Shown: positions 39,982 through 56,000 of the stretch, piece by piece | Layout of the letters: each line of letters opens with the position of its first letter | Numbering within the stretch: the first letter of the stretch is position 1 | Assembly: GCA_964057225.1 (NCBI GenBank) | Contig: OZ059900.1 | Coordinates: 4,588,001 to 4,652,000, forward strand | DNA from: Auanema rhodensis | Lineage: Eukaryota > Animalia > Nematoda | DNA length: 64,000 nt | Direction: 5' to 3' | Notes under the pieces: generated by a model | What the model was told of the DNA's origin: nothing | Database searches by the model: none | The model's input: only the letters and a program-made list of their open reading frames with translations | Translations under genes and position numbers: made by a program

Positions 39982-42900
39982 TGGATACTTAGGTGGTATA
40001 GCTACCTGTTCACAAAAAATTGGAAGTCCTGGTTACCATGCATCAAACCCATTAAGATTGTGTTTCTAGACTAATATAACCATGGGGACTTCATTAAATT
40101 TCACAGTATTCTTTTATCTTTAACGGTATCCGAGTTACAAATCAAGATCACTTTCTTTGGATACTTAGGTGGTATAGCTACCTGTTCACAAAAAATTGGA
40201 AGTCCTGCTTACCATGCATCAAACCCATTAAGATTGTGTTTCTAGACTAATATGACCATGAGAAATTCATTTAAGTTCACAGTATTCTTCTATCTTCAAC
40301 GGTATCCGAGTTACAAATCAAGATCACTTTCTTTGGATACTTAGGTGGTATAGCTACCTGTTCACAAAAAATTGGAAGTCCTGGTTACCATGCATCAAAC
40401 CCATTAAGATTGTGTTTCTAGACTAATATGACCATGATGACTTCATTAAATTTCACAGTATTCTTCTATCTTCAACGGTATCCGAGTTACAAATCAAGAT
40501 CACTTTCTTTGGATACTTAGGTGGTATAGCTACCTGTTCACAAAAAATTGGAAGTCCTGGTTACCATGCATCAAACCCATTAAGATTGTGTTTCTAGACT
40601 AATATGACCATGATGACTTCATTAAATTTCACAGTATTCTTCTATCTTCAACGGTATCCGAGTTACAAATCAAGATCACTTTCTTTGGATACTTAGGTGG
40701 TATAGCTACCTGTTCACAAAAAATTGGAAGTCCTGCTTACCATGCATCAAACCCATTAAGATTGTGTTTCTAGACTAATATGACCATGAGAAATTCATTT
40801 AAGTTCACAGTATTCTTCTATCTTCAACGGTATCCGAGTTACAAATCAAGATCACTTTCTTTGGATACTTAGGTGGTATAGCTACCTGTTCACAAAAAAT
40901 TGGAAGTCCTGGTTACCATGCATCAAACCCATTAAGATTGTGTTTCTAGACTAATATAACCATGGGGACTTCATTAAATTTCACAGTATTCTTTTATCTT
41001 TAACGGTATCCGAGTTACAAATCAAGATCACTTTCTTTGGATACTTAGGTGGTATAGCTACCTGTTCACAAAAAATTGGAACTCCTGGTTACCATGCATC
41101 GAACCCATTAAGATTGTGTTTCTAGACTAATATGACCATGGGAAATTCATTTAAGTTCACAGTAGTCTTTTATCTTTAACGGTATCCGAGTTACAAATCA
41201 AGATCACTTTCTTTGGATACTTAGGTGGTATAGCTACCTGTTCACAAAAAATTGGAAGTCTTGGTTACCATGCATCAAATCCTTTAAGATAGTGTTTCTA
41301 GACTAATATAACCATGGGGACTTCATTAAATTTCACAGTATTCTTTTATCTTTAACGGTATCCGAGTTACAAATCAAGATCACTTTCTTTGGATACTTAG
41401 GTGGTATAGCTACCTGTTCACAAAAAATTGGAAGTCCTGGTTACCATGCATCAAACCCATTAAGATTGTGTTTCTAGACTAATATGACCATGAGAAATTC
41501 ATTTAAGTTCACAGTATTCTTCTATCTTTAACGGTATCCGAGTTACAAATCAAGATCACTTTCTTTGGATACTTAGGTGGTATAGCTACCTATTCACAAA
41601 AAATTGGAAGTCCTGGTTACCATGCATCAAACCCATTAAGATTGTGTTTCTAGACTAATATGACCATGATGACTTCATTGAAATTCACAGTATTCTTCTA
41701 TCTTCAACGGTATCCGAGTTACAAATCAAGATCACTTTCTTTGGATACTTAGGTGATATAGCTACCTGTTCACAAAAAATTCGAAGTCTTGGTTACCATG
41801 CATCAAATCCTTTAAGATAGTGTTTCTAGACTAATATAACCATGGGGACTTCATTAAATTTCACAGTATTCTTCTATCTTCAACGGTATCCGAGTTACAA
41901 ATCAAGATCACTTTCTTTGGATACTTAGGTGGTATAGCTACCTGTTCACAAAAAATTGGAAGTCCTGGTTACCATGCATCAAACCCATTAAGATTGTGTT
42001 TCTAGACTAATATGACCATGGGAAATTCATTTAAGTTCACAGTATTCTTCTATCTTTAACGGTATCCGAGTTACAAATCAAGATCACTTTCTTTGGATAC
42101 TTAGGTGGTATAGCTACCTGTTCACAAAAAATTGGAAGTCTTGGTTACCATGCATCAAATCCTTTAAGATAGTGTTTCTAGACTAATATAACCATGGGGA
42201 CTTTATTAAATTTCACAGTATTCTTCTATCTTCAACGGTATCCGAGTTACAAATCAAGATCACTTTCTTTGGATACTTAGGTGGTATAGCTACCTGTTCA
42301 CAAAAAATTGGAACTCCTGGTTACCATGCATCGAACCCATTAAGATTGTGTTTCTAGACTAATATGACCATGGGAAATTCATTTAAGTTCACAGTAGTCT
42401 TCTATCTTTAACGGTATCCGAGTTACAAATCAAGATCACTTTCTTTGGATACTTAGGTGGTATAGCTACCTGTTCACAAAAAATTGGAAGTCCTGGTTAC
42501 CATGCATCAAACCCATTAAGATTGTGTTTCTAGACTAATATAACCATGGGGACTTCATTAAATTTCACAGTATTCTTTTATCTTTAACGGTATCCGAGTT
42601 ACAAATCAAGATCACTTTCTTTGGATACTTAGGTGGTATAGCTACCTGTTCACAAAAAATTGGAAGTCCTGCTTACCATGCATCAAACCCATTAAGATTG
42701 TGTTTCTAGACTAATATGACCATGAGAAATTCATTTAAGTTCACAGTATTCTTCTATCTTCAACGGTATCCGAGTTACAAATCAAGATCACTTTCTTTGG
42801 ATACTTAGGTGGTATAGCTACCTGTTCACAAAAAATTGGAAGTCCTGGTTACCATGCATCAAACCCATTAAGATTGTGTTTCTAGACTAATATGACCATG

Positions 42901-44051
42901 ATGACTTCATTAAATTTCACAGTATTCTTCTATCTTCAACGGTATCCGAGTTACAAATCAAGATCACTTTCTTTGGATACTTAGGTGGTATAGCTACCTG
43001 TTCACAAAAAATTGGAAGTCCTGGTTACCATGCATCAAACCCATTAAGATTGTGTTTCTAGACTAATATGACCATGATGACTTCATTGAAATTCACAGTA
43101 TTCTTCTATCTTCAACGGTATCCGAGTTACAAATCAAGATCACTTTCTTTGGATACTTAGGTGGTATAGCTACCTGTTCACAAAAAATTGGAAGTCCTGG
43201 TTACCATGCATCAAACCCATTAAGATTGTGTTTCTAGACTAATATAACCATGGGAAATTCATTTAAGTTCACAGTATTCTTCTATCTTTAACGGTATCCG
43301 AGTTACAAATCAAGATCACTTTCTTTGGATACTTAGGTGGTATAGCTACCTGTTCACAAAAAATTGGAACTCCTGGTTACCATGCATCGAACCCATTAAG
43401 ATTGTGTTTCTAGACTAATATGACCATGGGAAATTCATTTAAGTTCACAGTAGTCTTCTATCTTTAACGGTATCCGAGTTACAAATCAAGATCACTTTCT
43501 TTGGATACTTAGGTGGTATAGCTACCTGTTCACAAAAAATTGGAAGTCTTGGTTACCATGCATCAAATCCTTTAAGATAGTGTTTCTAGACTAATATAAC
43601 CATGGGGACTTCATTAATTTTCACAGTATTCTTTTATCTTTAACGGTATCCGAGTTACAAATCAAGATCACTTTCTTTGGATACTTAGGTGGTATAGCTA
43701 CCTGTTCACAAAAAATTGGAAGTCCTGGTTACCATGCATCAAACCCATTAAGATTGTGTTTCTAGACTAATATGACCATGAGAAATTCATTTAAGTTCAC
43801 AGTATTCTTCTATCTTTAACGGTATCCGAGTTACAAATCAAGATCACTTTCTTTGGATACTTAGGTGGTATAGCTACCTGTTCACAAAAAATTGGAAGTC
43901 TTGGTTACCATGCATCAAATCCTTTAAGATAGTGTTTCTAGACTAATATAACCATGAGAAATTCATTTAAGTTCACAGTATTCTTCTATCTTTAACGGTA
44001 TCCGAGTTACAAATCAAGATCACTTTCTTTGGATACTTAGGTGGTATAGCT

Positions 44052-47000
44052 ACCTGTTCACAAAAAATTCGAAGTCTTGGTTACCATGCATCAAATCCTT
44101 TAAGATAGTGTTTCTAGACTAATATAACCATGGGGACTTTATTAAAATTAACAGTATTCTTTTATCTTCAACGGTATCCGAGTTACAAATCAAGATCACT
44201 TTCTTTGGATACTTAGGTGGTATAGCTACCTGTTCACAAAAAATTCGAAGTCTTGGTTACCATGCATCAAATCCTTTCAGATAGTGTTTCTAGACTAATA
44301 TAACCATGGGGACTTTATTAAAATTAACAGTATTCTTTTATCTTCAACGGTATCCGAGTTACAAATCAAGATCACTTTCTTTGGATACTTAGGTGGTATA
44401 GCTACCTGTTCACAAAAAATTGGAAGTCCTGGTTACCATGCATCAAACCCATTAAGATTGTGTTTCTAGACTAATATGACCATGATGACTTCATTGAAAA
44501 TCACAGTATTCTTCTATCTTCAACGGTATCCGAGTTACAAATCAAGATCACTTTCTTTGGATACTTAGGTGGTATAGCTACCTGTTCACAAAAAATTCGA
44601 AGTCTTGGTTACCATGCATCAAATCCTTTAAGATAGTGTTTCTAGACTAATATAACCATGGGGACTTCATTAAATTTCACAGTATTCTTCTATCTTCAAC
44701 GGTATCCGAGTTACAAATCAAGATCACTTTCTTTGGATACTTAGGTGGTATAGCTACCTGTTCACAAAAAATTGGACGTCTTGGTTACCATGCATCAAAC
44801 CCATTAAGATTGTGTTTCTAGACTAATATGACCATGATGACTTCATTAAATTTCACAGTATTCTTCTATCTTCAACGGTATCCGAGTTACAAATCAAGAT
44901 CACTTTCTTTGGATACTTAGGTGGTATAGCTACCTGTTCACAAAAAATTGGAAGTCCTGGTTACCATGCATCAAACCCATTAAGATTGTGTTTCTAGACT
45001 AATATGACCATGATGACTTCATTGAAATTCACAGTATTCTTCTATCTTCAACGGTATCCGAGTTACAAATCAAGATCACTTTCTTTGGATACTTAGGTGG
45101 TATAGCTACCTGTTCACAAAAAATTGGAAGTCTTGGTTACCATGCATCAAATCCTTTAAGATAGTGTTTCTAGACTAATATAACCATGGGGACTTCATTA
45201 AATTTCACAGTATTCTTCTATCTTTAACGGTATCCGAGTTACAAATCAAGATCACTTTCCTTGGATACTTAGGTGGTATAGCTACCTGTTCACAAAAAAT
45301 TGGAAGTCCTGGTTACCATGCATCAAACCCATTAAGATTGTGTTTCTAGACTAATATAACCATGGGGACTTCTTTAAATTCCACAGTATTCTTCTATCTT
45401 TAACGGTATCCGAGTTACAAATCAAGATCACTTTCTTTGGATACTTAGGTGGTATAGCTACCTGTTCACAAAAAATTCGAAGTCTTGGTTACCATGCATC
45501 AAATCCTTTAAGATAGTGTTTCTAGACTAATATAACCATGGGGACTTCCTTAAATTTAACAGTATTCTTCTATCTTCAACGGTATCCGAGTTACAAATCA
45601 AGATCACTTTCTTTGGATACTTAGGTGGTATAGCTACCTGTTCACAAAAAATTGGACGTCTTGGTTACCATGCATCAAACCCATTAAGATTGTGTTTCTA
45701 GACTAATATGACCATGATGACTTCATTAAATTTCACAGTATTCTTCTATCTTCAACGGTATCCGAGTTACAAATCAAGATCACTTTCTTTGGATACTTAG
45801 GTGGTATAGCTACCTGTTCACAAAAAATTGGAAGTCCTGGTTACCATGCATCAAACCCATTAAGATTGTGTTTCTAGACTAATATGACCATGATGACTTC
45901 ATTGAAATTCACAGTATTCTTCTATCTTCAACGGTATCCGAGTTACAAATCAAGATCACTTTCTTTGGATACTTAGGTGATATAGCTACCTGTTCACAAA
46001 AAATTGGAAGTGTTGGTTACCATGCATCAAATCCTTTAAGATAGTGTTTCTAGACTAATATAACCATGGGGACTTCATTAAATTTCACAGTATTCTTCTA
46101 TCTTCAACGGTATCCGAGTTACAAATCAAGATCACTTTCTTTGGATACTTAGGTGGTATAGCTACCTGTTCACAAAAAATTCGAAGTCTTGGTTACCATG
46201 CATCAAATCCTTTAAGATAGTGTTTCTAGACTAATATAACCATGAGGACTTCATTAAATTTCACAGTATTCTTCTATCTTCAACGGTATCCGAGTTACAA
46301 ATCAAGATCACTTTCTTTGGATACTTAGGTGGTATAGCTACCTGTTCACAAAAAATTGGAAGTCCTGGTTACCATGCATCAAACCCATTAAGATTGTGTT
46401 TCTAGACTAATATGACCATGATGACTTCATTGAAATTCACAGTATTCTTCTATCTTCAACGGTATCCGAGTTACAAATCAAGATCACTTTCTTTGGATAC
46501 TTAGGTGGTATAGCTACCTGTTCACAAAAAATTGGACGTCTTGGTTACCATGCATCAAACCCATTAAGATTGTGTTTCTAGACTAATATGACCATGATGA
46601 CTTCATTAAATTTCACAGTATTCTTCTATCTTCAACGGTATCCGAGTTACAAATCAAGATCACTTTCTTTGGATACTTAGGTGGTATAGCTACCTGTTCA
46701 CAAAAAATTCGAAGTCTTGGTTACCATGCATCAAATCCTTTAAGATAGTGTTTCTAGACTAATATAACCATGAGGACTTCATTAAATTTCACAGTATTCT
46801 TCTATCTTCAACGGTATCCGAGTTACAAATCAAGATCACTTTCTTTGGATACTTAGGTGATATAGCTACCTGTTCACAAAAAATTGGAAGTGTTGGTTAC
46901 CATGCATCAAATCCTTTAAGATAGTGTTTCTAGACTAATATAACCATGGGGACTTCATTAAATTTCACAGTATTCTTCTATCTTTAACGGTATCCGAGTT

Positions 47001-50000
47001 ACAAATCAAGATCACTTTCCTTGGATACTTAGGTGGTATAGCTACCTGTTCACAAAAAATTGGAAGTCCTGGTTACCATGCATCAAACCCATTAAGATTG
47101 TGTTTCTAGACTAATATAACCATGGGGACTTCTTTAAATTTCACAGTATTCTTCTATCTTTAACGGTATCCGAGTTACAAATCAAGATCACTTTCCTTGG
47201 ATACTTAGGTGGTATAGCTACCTGTTCACAAAAAATTGGAAGTCCTGGTTACCATGCATCAAACCCATTAAGATTGTGTTTCTAGACTAATATAACCATG
47301 GGGACTTCTTTAAATTCCACAGTATTCTTCTATCTTTAACGGTATCCGAGTTACAAATCAAGATCACTTTCTTTGGATACTTAGGTGGTATAGCTACCTG
47401 TTCACAAAAAATTCGAAGTCTTGGTTACCATGCATCAAATCCTTTAAGATAGTGTTTCTAGACTAATATAACCATGGGGACTTCCTTAAATTTAACAGTA
47501 TTCTTCTATCTTCAACGGTATCCGAGTTACAAATCAAGATCACTTTCTTTGGATACTTAGGTGGTATAGCTACCTGTTCACAAAAAATTGGACGTCTTGG
47601 TTACCATGCATCAAACCCATTAAGATTGTGTTTCTAGACTAATATGACCATGATGACTTCATTAAATTTCACAGTATTCTTCTATCTTCAACGGTATCCG
47701 AGTTACAAATCAAGATCACTTTCTTTGGATACTTAGGTGGTATAGCTACCTGTTCACAAAAAATTGGAAGTCCTGGTTACCATGCATCAAACCCATTAAG
47801 ATTGTGTTTCTAGACTAATATGACCATGATGACTTCATTAAATTTCACAGTATTCTTCTATCTTCAACGGTATCCGAGTTACAAATCAAGATCACTTTCT
47901 TTGGATACTTAGATGGTATAGCTACCTGTTCACAAAAAATTCGAAGTCTTGGTTACCATGCATCAAATCCTTTAAGATAGTGTTTCTAGACTAATATAAC
48001 CATGAGGACTTCATTAAATTTCACAGTATTCTTCTATCTTCAACGGTATCCGAGTTACAAATCAAGATCACTTTCTTTGGATACTTAGGTGATATAGCTA
48101 CCTGTTCACAAAAAATTGGAAGTCTTGGTTACCATGCATCAAATCCTTTAAGATAGTGTTTCTAGACTAATATAACCATGGGGACTTCATTAAATTTCAC
48201 AGTATTCTTCTATCTTTAACGGTATCCGAGTTACAAATCAAGATCACTTTCCTTGGATACTTAGGTGGTATAGCTACCTGTTCACAAAAAATTGGAAGTC
48301 CTGGTTACCATGCATCAAACCCATTAAGATTGTGTTTCTAGACTAATATAACCATGGGGACTTCTTTAAATTTCACAGTATTCTTCTATCTTTAACGGTA
48401 TCCGAGTTACAAATCAAGATCACTTTCTTTGGATACTTAGGTGGTATAGCTACCTGTTCACAAAAAATTCGAAGTCTTGGTTACCATGCATCAAATCCTT
48501 TAAGATAGTGTTTCTAGACTAATATAACCATGGGGACTTCCTTAAATTTAACAGTATTCTTCTATCTTCAACGGTATCCGAGTTACAAATCAAGATCACT
48601 TTCTTTGGATACTTAGGTGGTATAGCTACCTGTTCACAAAAAATTGGACGTCTTGGTTACCATGCATCAAACCCATTAAGATTGTGTTTCTAGACTAATA
48701 TGACCATGATGACTTCATTAAATTTCACAGTATTCTTCTATCTTCAACGGTATCCGAGTTACAAATCAAGATCACTTTCTTTGGATACTTAGGTGGTATA
48801 GCTACCTGTTCACAAAAAATTGGAAGTCCTGGTTACCATGCATCAAACCCATTAAGATTGTGTTTCTAGACTAATATGACCATGATGACTTCATTGAAAT
48901 TCACAGTATTCTTCTATCTTCAACGGTATCCGAGTTACAAATCAAGATCACTTTCTTTGGATACTTAGGTGGTATAGCTACCTGTTCACAAAAAATTCGA
49001 AGTCTTGGTTACCATGCATCAAATCCTTTAAGATAGTGTTTCTAGACTAATATAACCATGAGGACTTCATTAAATTTCACAGTATTCTTCTATCTTCAAC
49101 GGTATCCGAGTTACAAATCAAGATCACTTTCTTTGGATACTTAGGTGATATAGCTACCTGTTCACAAAAAATTGGAAGTCTTGGTTACCATGCATCAAAT
49201 CCTTTAAGATAGTGTTTCTAGACTAATATAACCATGGGGACTTCATTAAATTTCACAGTATTCTTCTATCTTTAACGGTATCCGAGTTACAAATCAAGAT
49301 CACTTTCCTTGGATACTTAGGTGGTATAGCTACCTGTTCACAAAAAATTGGAAGTCCTGGTTACCATGCATCAAACCCATTAAGATTGTGTTTCTAGACT
49401 AATATAACCATGGGGACTTCTTTAAATTTCACAGTATTCTTCTATCTTTAACGGTATCCGAGTTACAAATCAAGATCACTTTCTTTGGATACTTAGGTGG
49501 TATAGCTACCTGTTCACAAAAAATTCGAAGTCTTGGTTACCATGCATCAAATCCTTTAAGATAGTGTTTCTAGACTAATATAACCATGGGGACTTCATTA
49601 AATTTCACAGTATTCTTCTATCTTCAACGGTATCCGAGTTACAAATCAAGATCACTTTCTTTGGATACTTAGGTGGTATAGCTACCTGTTCACAAAAAAT
49701 TGGAAGTCCTGGTTACCATGCATCAAACCCATTAAGATTGTGTTTCTAGACTAATATGACCATGATGACTTCATTAAATTTCACAGTATTCTTCTATCTT
49801 CAACGGTATCCGAGTTACAAATCAAGATCACTTTCTTTGGATACTTAGGTGGTATAGCTACCTGTTCACAAAAAATTGGACGTCTTGGTTACCATGCATC
49901 AAACCCATTAAGATTGTGTTTCTAGACTAATATGACCATGATGACTTCATTAAATTTCACAGTATTCTTCTATCTTCAACGGTATCCGAGTTACAAATCA

Positions 50001-53000
50001 AGATCACTTTCTTTGGATACTTAGGTGGTATAGCTACCTGTTCACAAAAAATTGGAAGTCCTGGTTACCATGCATCAAACCCATTAAGATTGTGTTTCTA
50101 GACTAATATAACCATGGGGACTTCCTTAAATTTAACAGTATTCTTCTATCTTCAACGGTATCCGAGTTACAAATCAAGATCACTTTCTTTGGATACTTAG
50201 GTGGTATAGCTACCTGTTCACAAAAAATTGGACGTCTTGGTTACCATGCATCAAATCCTTTAAGATAGTGTTTCTAGACTAATATAACCATGAGGACTTC
50301 ATTAAATTTCACAGTATTCTTCTATCTTCAACGGTATCCGAGTTACAAATCAAGATCACTTTCTTTGGATACTTAGGTGGTATAGCTACCTGTTCACAAA
50401 AAATTGGAAGTCCTGGTTACCATGCATCAAACCCATTAAGATTGTGTTTCTAGACTAATATGACCATGATGACTTCATTGAAATTCACAGTATTCTTCTA
50501 TCTTCAACGGTATCCGAGTTACAAATCAAGATCACTTTCTTTGGATACTTAGGTGGTATAGCTACCTGTTCACAAAAAATTCGAAGTCTTGGTTACCATG
50601 CATCAAATCCTTTAAGATAGTGTTTCTAGACTAATATAACCATGAGGACTTCATTAAATTTCACAGTATTCTTCTATCTTCAACGGTATCCGAGTTACAA
50701 ATCAAGATCACTTTCTTTGGATACTTAGGTGATATAGCTACCTGTTCACAAAAAATTGGAAGTCTTGGTTACCATGCATCAAATCCTTTAAGATAGTGTT
50801 TCTAGACTAATATAACCATGGGGACTTCATTAAATTTCACAGTATTCTTCTATCTTTAACGGTATCCGAGTTACAAATCAAGATCACTTTCCTTGGATAC
50901 TTAGGTGGTATAGCTACCTGTTCACAAAAAATTGGAAGTCCTGGTTACCATGCATCAAACCCATTAAGATTGTGTTTCTAGACTAATATAACCATGGGGA
51001 CTTCTTTAAATTTCACAGTATTCTTCTATCTTTAACGGTATCCGAGTTACAAATCAAGATCACTTTCTTTGGATACTTAGGTGGTATAGCTACCTGTTCA
51101 CAAAAAATTCGAAGTCTTGGTTACCATGCATCAAATCCTTTAAGATAGTGTTTCTAGACTAATATAACCATGGGGACTTCATTAAATTTCACAGTATTCT
51201 TCTATCTTCAACGGTATCCGAGTTACAAATCAAGATCACTTTCTTTGGATACTTAGGTGGTATAGCTACCTGTTCACAAAAAATTGGAAGTCCTGGTTAC
51301 CATGCATCAAACCCATTAAGATTGTGTTTCTAGACTAATATGACCATGATGACTTCATTAAATTTCACAGTATTCTTCTATCTTCAACGGTATCCGAGTT
51401 ACAAATCAAGATCACTTTCTTTGGATACTTAGGTGGTATAGCTACCTGTTCACAAAAAATTGGACGTCTTGGTTACCATGCATCAAACCCATTAAGATTG
51501 TGTTTCTAGACTAATATGACCATGATGACTTCATTAAATTTCACAGTATTCTTCTATCTTCAACGGTATCCGAGTTACAAATCAAGATCACTTTCTTTGG
51601 ATACTTAGGTGGTATAGCTACCTGTTCACAAAAAATTGGAAGTCCTGGTTACCATGCATCAAACCCATTAAGATTGTGTTTCTAGACTAATATGACCATG
51701 ATGACTTCATTGAAATTCACAGTATTCTTCTATCTTCAACGGTATCCGAGTTACAAATCAAGATCACTTTCTTTGGATACTTAGGTGGTATAGCTACCTG
51801 TTCACAAAAAATTCGAAGTCTTGGTTACCATGCATCAAATCCTTTGAGATAGTGTTTCTAGACTAATATAACCATGAGGACTTCATTAAATTTCACAGTA
51901 TTCTTCTATCTTCAACGGTATCCGAGTTACAAATCAAGATCACTTTCTTTGGATACTTAGGTGGTATAGCTACCTGTTCACAAAAAATTGGAAGTCCTGG
52001 TTACCATGCATCAAACCCATTAAGATTGTGTTTCTAGACTAATATGACCATGATGACTTCATTGAAATTCACAGTATTCTTCTATCTTCAACGGTATCCG
52101 AGTTACAAATCAAGATCACTTTCTTTGGATACTTAGGTGGTATAGCTACCTGTTCACAAAAAATTCGAAGTCTTGGTTACCATGCATCAAATCCTTTAAG
52201 ATAGTGTTTCTAGACTAATATAACCATGAGGACTTCATTAAATTTCACAGTATTCTTCTATCTTCAACGGTATCCGAGTTACAAATCAAGATCACTTTCT
52301 TTGGATACTTAGGTGATATAGCTACCTGTTCACAAAAAATTGGAAGTCCTGGTTACCATGCATCAAATCCTTTAAGATAGTGTTTCTAGACTAATATAAC
52401 CATGAGGACTTCATTAAATTTCACAGTATTCTTCTATCTTCAACGGTATCCGAGTTACAAATCAAGATCACTTTCTTTGGATACTTAGGTGATATAGCTA
52501 CCTGTTCACAAAAAATTGGAAGTCTTGGTTACCATGCATCAAATCCTTTAAGATAGTGTTTCTAGACTAATATAACCATGGGGACTTCATTAAATTTCAC
52601 AGTATTCTTCTATCTTTAACGGTATCCGAGTTACAAATCAAGATCACTTTCCTTGGATACTTAGGTGGTATAGCTACCTGTTCACAAAAAATTGGAAGTC
52701 CTGGTTACCATGCATCAAACCCATTAAGATTGTGTTTCTAGACTAATATAACCATGGGGACTTCTTTAAATTTCACAGTATTCTTCTATCTTTAACGGTA
52801 TCCGAGTTACAAATCAAGATCACTTTCTTTGGATACTTAGGTGGTATAGCTACCTGTTCACAAAAAATTCGAAGTCTTGGTTACCATGCATCAAATCCTT
52901 TAAGATAGTGTTTCTAGACTAATATAACCATGGGGACTTCATTAAATTTCACAGTATTCTTCTATCTTTAACGGTATCCGAGTTACAAATCAAGATCACT

Positions 53001-56000
53001 TTCCTTGGATACTTAGGTGGTATAGCTACCTGTTCACAAAAAATTGGAAGTCCTGGTTACCATGCATCAAACCCATTAAGATTGTGTTTCTAGACTAATA
53101 TAACCATGGGGACTTCTTTAAATTTCACAGTATTCTTCTATCTTTAACGGTATCCGAGTTACAAATCAAGATCACTTTCTTTGGATACTTAGGTGGTATA
53201 GCTACCTGTTCACAAAAAATTCGAAGTCTTGGTTACCATGCATCAAATCCTTTAAGATAGTGTTTCTAGACTAATATAACCATGGGGACTTCCTTAAATT
53301 TAACAGTATTCTTCTATCTTCAACGGTATCCGAGTTACAAATCAAGATCACTTTCTTTGGATACTTAGGTGGTATAGCTACCTGTTCACAAAAAATTGGA
53401 CGTCTTGGTTACCATGCATCAAACCCATTAAGATTGTGTTTCTAGACTAATATGACCATGATGACTTCATTAAATTTCACAGTATTCTTCTATCTTCAAC
53501 GGTATCCGAGTTACAAATCAAGATCACTTTCTTTGGATACTTAGGTGGTATAGCTACCTGTTCACAAAAAATTGGAAGTCCTGGTTACCATGCATCAAAC
53601 CCATTAAGATTGTGTTTCTAGACTAATATGACCATGATGACTTCATTAAATTTCACAGTATTCTTCTATCTTCAACGGTATCCGAGTTACAAATCAAGAT
53701 CACTTTCTTTGGATACTTAGATGGTATAGCTACCTGTTCACAAAAAATTCGAAGTCTTGGTTACCATGCATCAAATCCTTTAAGATAGTGTTTCTAGACT
53801 AATATAACCATGAGGACTTCATTAAATTTCACAGTATTCTTCTATCTTCAACGGTATCCGAGTTACAAATCAAGATCACTTTCTTTGGATACTTAGGTGG
53901 TATAGCTACCTGTTCACAAAAAATTGGACGTCTTGGTTACCATGCATCAAACCCATTAAGATTGTGTTTCTAGACTAATATGACCATGATGACTTCATTA
54001 AATTTCACAGTATTCTTCTATCTTCAACGGTATCCGAGTTACAAATCAAGATCACTTTCTTTGGATACTTAGGTGGTATAGCTACCTGTTCACAAAAAAT
54101 TGGAAGTCCTGGTTACCATGCATCAAACCCATTAAGATTGTGTTTCTAGACTAATATGACCATGATGACTTCATTAAATTTCACAGTATTCTTCTATCTT
54201 CAACGGTATCCGAGTTACAAATCAAGATCACTTTCTTTGGATACTTAGGTGGTATAGCTACCTGTTCACAAAAAATTGGACGTCTTGGTTACCATGCATC
54301 AAACCCATTAAGATTGTGTTTCTAGACTAATATGACCATGATGACTTCATTAAATTTCACAGTATTCTTCTATCTTCAACGGTATCCGAGTTACAAATCA
54401 AGATCACTTTCTTTGGATACTTAGGTGGTATAGCTACCTGTTCACAAAAAATTGGACGTCTTGGTTACCATGCATCAAACCCATTAAGATTGTGTTTCTA
54501 GACTAATATGACCATGATGACTTCATTAAATTTCACAGTATTCTTCTATCTTCAACGGTATCCGAGTTACAAATCAAGATCACTTTCTTTGGATACTTAG
54601 GTGGTATAGCTACCTGTTCACAAAAAATTGGAAGTCCTGGTTACCATGCATCAAACCCATTAAGATTGTGTTTCTAGACTAATATGACCATGATGACTTC
54701 ATTGAAATTCACAGTATTCTTCTATCTTCAACGGTATCCGAGTTACAAATCAAGATCACTTTCTTTGGATACTTAGATGGTATAGCTACCTGTTCACAAA
54801 AAATTCGAAGTCTTGGTTACCATGCATCAAATCCTTTAAGATAGTGTTTCTAGACTAATATAACCATGAGGACTTCATTAAATTTCACAGTATTCTTCTA
54901 TCTTCAACGGTATCCGAGTTACAAATCAAGATCACTTTCTTTGGATACTTAGGTGATATAGCTACCTGTTCACAAAAAATTGGAAGTCCTGGTTACCATG
55001 CATCAAACCCATTAAGATTGTGTTTCTAGACTAATATGACCATGATGACTTCATTGAAATTCACAGTATTCTTCTATCTTCAACGGTATCCGAGTTACAA
55101 ATCAAGATCACTTTCTTTGGATACTTAGGTGGTATAGCTACCTGTTCACAAAAAATTCGAAGTCTTGGTTACCATGCATCAAATCCTTTAAGATAGTGTT
55201 TCTAGACTAATATAACCATGAGGACTTCATTAAATTTCACAGTATTCTTCTATCTTCAACGGTATCCGAGTTACAAATCAAGATCACTTTCTTTGGATAC
55301 TTAGGTGATATAGCTACCTGTTCACAAAAAATTGGAAGTCCTGGTTACCATGCATCAAACCCATTAAGATTGTGTTTCTAGACTAATATAACCATGGGGA
55401 CTTCATTAAATTTCACAGTATTCTTTTATCTTTAACGGTATCCGAGTTACAAATCAAGATCACTTTCTTTGGATACTTAGGTGGTATAGCTACCTGTTCA
55501 CAAAAAATTGGAACTCCTGGTTACCATGCATCGAACCCATTAAGATTGTGTTTCTAGACTAATATGACCATGGGAAATTCATTTAAGTTCACAGTAGTCT
55601 TCTATCTTTAACGGTATCCGAGTTACAAATCAAGATCACTTTCTTTGGATACTTAGGTGGTATAGCTACCTGTTCACAAAAAATTGGAAGTCCTGGTTAC
55701 CATGCATCAAACCCATTAAGATTGTGTTTCTAGACTAATATAACCATGGGGACTTCATTAAATTTCACAGTATTCTTCTATCTTTAACGGTATCCGAGTT
55801 ACAAATCAAGATCACTTTCCTTGGATACTTAGGTGGTATAGCTACCTGTTCACAAAAAATTGGAAGTCCTGGTTACCATGCATCAAACCCATTAAGATTG
55901 TGTTTCTAGACTAATATAACCATGGGGACTTCTTTAAATTTCACAGTATTCTTCTATCTTTAACGGTATCCGAGTTACAAATCAAGATCACTTTCTTTGG

